In this document: one piece after another, positions 59,505 to 64,000 of the stretch | Numbering within the stretch: position 1 is the stretch's first letter | Layout: each line of letters opens with the position of its first letter | Source: an uncultured Candidatus Saccharibacteria bacterium | Lineage (GTDB): Bacteria > Patescibacteriota > Minisyncoccia > Phycocordibacterales > CSBR16-119 | Reading direction: 5' to 3' | Length of the DNA stretch: 64,000 nt | NCBI GenBank assembly: GCA_964355515.1 | Contig: CAYHDV010000002.1 | Span: 6,622 to 70,621, forward strand | The notes under the pieces: generated by a model | What the model was told of the DNA's origin: nothing | The model's input: only the letters and a program-made list of their open reading frames with translations | Database searches by the model: none | Program-made: the position numbers and the translations under genes

Positions 59505-60821
59505 ATGACTGAGAAAAAAAACATATTTCAAACAGTACTCCTTGTTGTTTTTGGCTTTGGTATTGTCCTTGCGGTTACTTTGTTTTCTTTATCAAAGGCT
59601 ACTTCTTCCAAGAATGTTTCAAATGTCGTGTTTTGGGGGACATTTCCTCCCAGCTCTATGCTGGAAGCACTTGACCTTATAAATGATAATTCAGAAACAA
59701 ATTTTGTATCTGTTACCTATGTAGAGAAAAATCCCGAAACTTACAATGCAGAACTTGTGGAAGGATTTGCCTCAGGGACAGGTCCTGATATTTTCCTCAT
59801 AAATCAAGACATGATTGTTCCATATCAAAACAAAATTTCTCCTCTTCCATATGAGAGTTTCCCAGAAAGAGATTTTGCACTTAGATACACCGATGGTGCA
59901 AAAATCTTTCTTTCAAACGAAGGAGTATTCGCCTTTCCTTTGGGGGTGGATCCTCTGGTGATGTATTACAACAAAAGCATGTTCAATACTGCTGGGATAG
60001 TGAATCCTCCGTCTCTGTGGTCACAGTTTAGTGGACTAGTTCCTCTTCTCACAAAAAAAGATGAAAACAAAAATATCCTCAAAAGTGGTCTTGCCTTTGG
60101 TCAATTCTCAAATATCCAATATGCAAATAATATTTTAGAAACAATGCTACTCCAGCTGGGTGACCCTATCGTAGTCCGAGACGCTGTGGGCAATTTTTCT
60201 TCTGTAGTAAACAATTCAAACAGCACCGCCACAAATCCCTTGATTCTTTCTATGGAGTTTTTTACCAACTTCTCAGACCCTCTTCTAGACACGTATTCTT
60301 GGAACAGCGCACTATCTAGTGCAGAAGATATGTTCGTTCAAGATAGACTTGCCATATATTTTGCGCCAGCGAGTCGTTTTCTGGATATCCAACGAAAAAA
60401 CATAAACCTTAACTACGATATATCAAAAATCCCCCAAGTAAATGAAAACACAAACTTCGTTACCTCAGGTGAGTTTTATGCTATTGCTGTTGCCAAGAGC
60501 TCGAAGTCTCCTCAGGCATCTTTCACAGCTGCGAACCTCATTTCAAATGGTCCTGCCACAAATTCTATCGTTAGTGCAAATAAGCTCGCTCCAGTCCGAA
60601 GAGACCTACTAACCACAAACCCTCTAGACTCGTACGGGAGAGCGCTCCGAGAATCTGCCCTTATTTCTTATACATGGCTAAACCCAGACGCGGGAGCGAC
60701 TCAAGCCTATTTCAAAGAAGCGATAGATACTGTTGTTCGTGGTTCTGTGAGCGCTTCTGCTGCTGCAAGAAGAGTAGATAGTCAGCTTGTATTATTATTA
60801 AATTCTTTTAACCAAAAATAA
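59505..60821 (+). CDS. Membrane-anchored ABC-type extracellular solute-binding protein (SBP family 1), orphan
   Basis: N-terminal TM anchor, VVFWGTF…ASGTGPDIFL…DPLVMYYNKSMFNTAGIVNPPSLW, typical of sugar SBPs. No permease or ATPase is adjacent. Confidence 0.65.
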   Translation: MTEKKNIFQTVLLVVFGFGIVLAVTLFSLSKATSSKNVSNVVFWGTFPPSSMLEALDLINDNSETNFVSVTYVEKNPETYNAELVEGFASGTGPDIFLINQDMIVPYQNKISPLPYESFPERDFALRYTDGAKIFLSNEGVFAFPLGVDPLVMYYNKSMFNTAGIVNPPSLWSQFSGLVPLLTKKDENKNILKSGLAFGQFSNIQYANNILETMLLQLGDPIVVRDAVGNFSSVVNNSNSTATNPLILSMEFFTNFSDPLLDTYSWNSALSSAEDMFVQDRLAIYFAPASRFLDIQRKNINLNYDISKIPQVNENTNFVTSGEFYAIAVAKSSKSPQASFTAANLISNGPATNSIVSANKLAPVRRDLLTTNPLDSYGRALRESALISYTWLNPDAGATQAYFKEAIDTVVRGSVSASAAARRVDSQLVLLLNSFNQK

Positions 60822-60823
60822 TT

Positions 60824-61276
60824 ATGAAAGCTTTATTAAAAAGATTCTTACTGGTTCCGCTTATCTTATCTCAATTGTTTTTCTTGCCGGGTAGTGTGCT
60901 GATTGCCAATGCGGCTGAAAACGGTACACCAGGGCACATAATCCCAGACTGCAATCAGGGGGTAAATAGTGATGGTCAATTCACAAATAGCTCTGGAGTG
61001 GAAGACGCTTGTGACTTTGAGGACCTCCTACAATTAGTGAGAAACCTTATTCGGTTTATGGCTCTGTACCTCACAGCTCCAGCCCTGACTATTGCTATAG
61101 CATACGCTGGGGCTCTACTTCTTTTCTCTGGTGGAGGAAATGAAGGGAAGAGAAAGGAAGCAAAAGATGTATTTGAGAAGGTTATACTGGGGCTTATAGC
61201 CATGGTAGCCGCGTGGTTTATAGTAGAAGCAATATACACAGGTCTAGGGTATGGAGGATTTCTGCAGTTTAGCTAG
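60824..61276 (+). CDS. TrbC/VirB2-like pilin paralog 1 (signal peptide + 2 TM)
   Basis: Sec signal peptide, variable Cys-containing N-domain, then TM–charged loop (GGGNEGKRKEAKD)–TM. Confidence 0.55.
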   Translation: MKALLKRFLLVPLILSQLFFLPGSVLIANAAENGTPGHIIPDCNQGVNSDGQFTNSSGVEDACDFEDLLQLVRNLIRFMALYLTAPALTIAIAYAGALLLFSGGGNEGKRKEAKDVFEKVILGLIAMVAAWFIVEAIYTGLGYGGFLQFS

Positions 61277-61404
61277 TGTATACTAGGTATGTACTTTTTG
61301 ATTTGGTTCTTTGAGCCATAAGCCAAAAAGAAAAACAATTATTTTTTAATTAATAAAAAGGTGAGGCCTTCTGCGAAAAAGCTGGTGGAATCCCTTCTAA
61401 TATA

Positions 61405-61812
61405 ATGAATTTATTTTTAGTAAAATTATATAATCTACTGAATCCTCTAAGTGTTTTTGCTCAGCACGATGGCTCTAACTCAACAACTTCTACTGGAGGT
61501 GTTGTTGAAAACATCCAAATAGAGTTTACAAACCCTCTAGGAGGCAATGGCACAAATCCTCTCGGGATAGATAGCCTTACAGAGCTTCTCTCTGCATTAC
61601 TAAAAATTATAATCACTGTAGGGATTCCACTTGTGGTCTTGGCTATTATCTATACTGGATTTCTCTTCGTCTCTGCGATGGGGGACAAAGCAAAGATAGA
61701 GGAAGCCAGAAGAGCTTTTCTTTGGACAGTTGTAGGAGCTATTATTATACTTTCATCTTGGGTTATTGCAGAAGCCATAGAAGGGACAATTACTCAAATT
61801 ATCAACTCATAA
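61405..61812 (+). CDS. TrbC/VirB2-like pilin paralog 2
   Basis: Signal peptide (SVFA|Q), then TM–GDKAKIEEARR–TM. Confidence 0.55.
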   Translation: MNLFLVKLYNLLNPLSVFAQHDGSNSTTSTGGVVENIQIEFTNPLGGNGTNPLGIDSLTELLSALLKIIITVGIPLVVLAIIYTGFLFVSAMGDKAKIEEARRAFLWTVVGAIIILSSWVIAEAIEGTITQIINS

Positions 61813-61821
61813 CAATTTATT

Positions 61822-62373
61822 ATGATAACTAACTCTATTAAAAAAATATTTGTAAGTACATTGTCTGCCTTTGCAATAATATCTTTTATTGTTTTGGTAC
61901 CCAATTATTCTTTGGCTCAAACACTGGAAAACCCTTTTGGTAATATAAACAACACACTAGGGAATACCCAGCTTGAGGGTGGAGATATTGGGAATTTTGA
62001 TCCTGGGCAAACAACCTTGGGAGGGAACTATATACCTGGGACTGGATATACCCCTCCTTCTGGTGGTTCAACTGGTGGCACTTGTAGTACTGTCTATGTG
62101 TCAGGAACAGGTCTTGGGGGTATCTTGGATCTTATAGGGTGTTTTTTCCGGTCTATTATTCCACTTCTTGTTACCGCAGCGGTAATTGTTTTCGTATATG
62201 GAGTTGTAAACTATATCCGAAATGCAGATAGTGCAGACCAAAGAAAAGAGGGAGGGATGTTTATGCTTTATGGGGTTATCGCCTTGTTTGTTATGGTTTC
62301 TATTTGGGCTCTCGTGGGTATCCTGGGGGCGACCCTTGGGGTGGATGCTGTTCTTCCACAGTTGCCAGAATAA
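61822..62373 (+). CDS. TrbC/VirB2-like pilin paralog 3 (Gly-rich variable domain)
   Basis: Signal peptide (SLA|Q), Gly/Thr-rich 60-aa insert, then TM–NADSADQRKEGG–TM. Confidence 0.55.
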   Translation: MITNSIKKIFVSTLSAFAIISFIVLVPNYSLAQTLENPFGNINNTLGNTQLEGGDIGNFDPGQTTLGGNYIPGTGYTPPSGGSTGGTCSTVYVSGTGLGGILDLIGCFFRSIIPLLVTAAVIVFVYGVVNYIRNADSADQRKEGGMFMLYGVIALFVMVSIWALVGILGATLGVDAVLPQLPE

Positions 62374-62446
62374 AAGCTTTACATTTGCCAGTACATGATA
62401 TAATCAAAGAGTATTTTATTAGTTATTAGTTTAATATTGAATTTAT

Positions 62447-62803
62447 ATGAAAAAAATTATTTTATCAATGACAGGTCTTATGGCTCTTGCACCAGCATTT
62501 GCTTTTGCACAAACTCAGCCAACATTATTTGACATATTGACACTTAAAATAGCGCCAATCTTGAATGCTATTATTCCACTTCTTATCACAGCCGGAGTGA
62601 TCTTCTTTGTTTTGGGAATTGTGCAATATGTTATTGCTGATGATGAAGAAGCAAAGAAAAAAGGAAAAGACAGAATGCTATACGGTATTATTGGACTCTT
62701 TGTTATAGTTACTTTCTGGGGACTTGTAACAGTTCTTCAAAACACTCTTGGTATATCTGCTCCTAGTGTTCCTCCAACAATTAATATCAACCCATCACAA
62801 TAA
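62447..62803 (+). CDS. TrbC/VirB2-like pilin paralog 4
   Basis: Signal peptide (AFA|Q), then TM–DDEEAKKKGKDR–TM. Confidence 0.6.
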   Translation: MKKIILSMTGLMALAPAFAFAQTQPTLFDILTLKIAPILNAIIPLLITAGVIFFVLGIVQYVIADDEEAKKKGKDRMLYGIIGLFVIVTFWGLVTVLQNTLGISAPSVPPTININPSQ

Positions 62804-62815
62804 TTTTCTTTTATC

Positions 62816-63148
62816 GTGTTTCTTCTACCATACATAGCCTTTGCTGCTCCTGAAAATATAAACGAGCTTGTTCGAGTGATAAACAAATTTATCATCAATC
62901 CTATAATCGTTTTGCTTTTTATTGGTGCACTATTGTTCTTTGTATGGGGACTGATCATGTTTATCAAAGATAGCGCGAGTGCTGATGGACGTACAAAAGG
63001 TGCAAACAATATCATGTATGGGCTTCTGGGTATGCTTATCATGGTTTCAGTATTCTTTATACTCGGAGTCATCATGGACACCTTTGGGGTTGATAATATC
63101 AACTTAAATCCAGGAGCAGATCAGGACTTCGTGACTATTGATCTATAG
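62816..63148 (+). CDS. TrbC/VirB2-like pilin paralog 5
   Basis: Short signal peptide (AFA|APE), then TM–DSASADGRTKGAN–TM. Confidence 0.55.
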   Translation: MFLLPYIAFAAPENINELVRVINKFIINPIIVLLFIGALLFFVWGLIMFIKDSASADGRTKGANNIMYGLLGMLIMVSVFFILGVIMDTFGVDNINLNPGADQDFVTIDL

Positions 63149-63204
63149 AAAAAACACCAGAGAAATCTGGTGTTTTTTGTATGGGGAAATCTGAGAGTTC
63201 ATCT

Positions 63205-63357
63205 TTTTTGTCATTCCCGCATGTTCGGGAACCCAGAACACCTCAATATTCTAATTTTTTGTCCTCCCTGCGTAGGCGGTACTTCAAAATACCTTAATAT
63301 TCTAATCTTGTGTCATCCCTGCGTAGGCAGGGATCCAGAGTATCTAGATATTCTAAA
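63205..63357. repeat. Three tandem ~51-bp repeats, each a GTCATYCC-type hairpin plus the conserved tail YYAATATTCTAA
   Basis: Units 63205..63255, 63256..63306 and 63307..63357. Confidence 0.8.
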
Positions 63358-63390
63358 TGGACGGGTTTCTATTCTAAAATCAAAGAAATA

Positions 63391-63425
63391 AAAAAGCCCC
63401 GCGTGAAATTCACGCGGGGCTTAAA
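63391..63425. terminator. Bidirectional hairpin terminator
   Basis: aaaaaagccccgcgtgaaattcacgcggggctt. Confidence 0.65.
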
Positions 63426-63449
63426 CTCAAGGCTTACTTTTTTGATCCA

Positions 63450-64000
63450 TCATTTCTGGTTTGCTATCATGGAAGCGATCAATGCTTCGGTGGCACTACT
63501 GGTGCCACCTCCACCACCTGAAGAGGTAAAAATAACCTCTTTCACTGAGCCTCTTATCTTGAGCATTCTCTCAATGGCTGCATGGATGTCTTTATCCGGC
63601 ATTTTTGCGTATGGATTTTTTACCCCTCCTTCGTAGAGATCAACCACTTTTCCATCTTTTATGAACTTTCCAGATCGTAATATGCTGGCAACTTTCGCGA
63701 CAGTCGTGATCTGGGCCTCTTGTCCTTCTCTTTCACCAAGCATGATGATTTTTCCTTCTCTTGCCTTTAGTACTTCAGGATTGATTGCAAGAGTTTTTTG
63801 AGGGAGTACCTTAATTATTTTAATTCCCCACTCAACAACATCGACAGATCCATCGCCACAGTCAGTGCAAGTAAGTCCATGCTTATGAGTGACTGCTTTG
63901 AAAATTGCTTCTCCAAAAGAAAGTTCCTTATACGGACTTTCGTTTTTGGAACATTTTTCTGAATCATCAATCTGTTGGTATGTGAAAGAATCTGCTACAT
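63450..64000 (-). CDS. Hypothetical protein with zinc ribbon and C-terminal Gly-rich motif (5'-partial; continues beyond window end)
   Basis: Frame is open to the window edge. …KCSKNESPY…LTCTDCGDGSVD… and C-terminal VIFTSSGGGGGTSSATEAL. Family not recognised. Confidence 0.5.
   Translation of the reverse strand, partial: VADSFTYQQIDDSEKCSKNESPYKELSFGEAIFKAVTHKHGLTCTDCGDGSVDVVEWGIKIIKVLPQKTLAINPEVLKAREGKIIMLGEREGQEAQITTVAKVASILRSGKFIKDGKVVDLYEGGVKNPYAKMPDKDIHAAIERMLKIRGSVKEVIFTSSGGGGGTSSATEALIASMIANQK

Noticed and set aside
63170-63636. Plus-strand ORFs 63170..63391 and 63310..63636
   Set aside because: The first is composed of the tandem hairpin repeats. The second is antisense to the well-supported partial minus-strand gene ending at 63450.

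Overview
This 64-kb window looks like a low-GC, gene-dense chromosome segment from a reduced bacterium, probably Candidate Phyla Radiation (Patescibacteria)-like. Supporting signs are compact housekeeping genes, a short 4-domain S1 protein, many small membrane proteins and standard-code ORFs. Most of the window is core machinery: rpoC C-terminus–dnaG–rpoD, rpsB–tsf, proS–mreB–mreC–tgt, uvrB, engB, a DEAD-box helicase, fmt–def, hisS, lepB, pth, rpsA and gyrA. It also holds a glycosyltransferase cluster, a large frameshifted cell-surface protein, a bacterial SET-domain protein and an RGG/zinc-ribbon protein. Five features stand out. (1) A tRNA-Asn(GUU) gene is split by a ~580-nt group I intron that carries an HNH endonuclease ORF, with tRNA-3'-end fragments next to it. 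(2) An AT-rich accessory island (~40.4–47.0 kb) beside that tRNA holds hypothetical genes, an Mrr-like nuclease fragment and an APH-like kinase, separated by a locus-specific 27-bp palindromic repeat family with tandem duplications. (3) Five tandem small paralogs (60.8–63.1 kb) each have a signal peptide plus two transmembrane helices, the topology of TrbC/VirB2-type conjugative pilins. (4) A ~280-bp structured intergenic element occurs in three copies (5.8 kb, 13.5 kb inverted, 53.3 kb); its long perfect hairpins covary between copies. (5) A genome-wide family of short hairpin repeats (GTCATYCC…GGRATCCAG) is scattered through intergenic regions. tRNA-Thr(UGU) carries a tandem duplication of its 3' half. 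No rRNA, CRISPR array or intact transposase was recognised.
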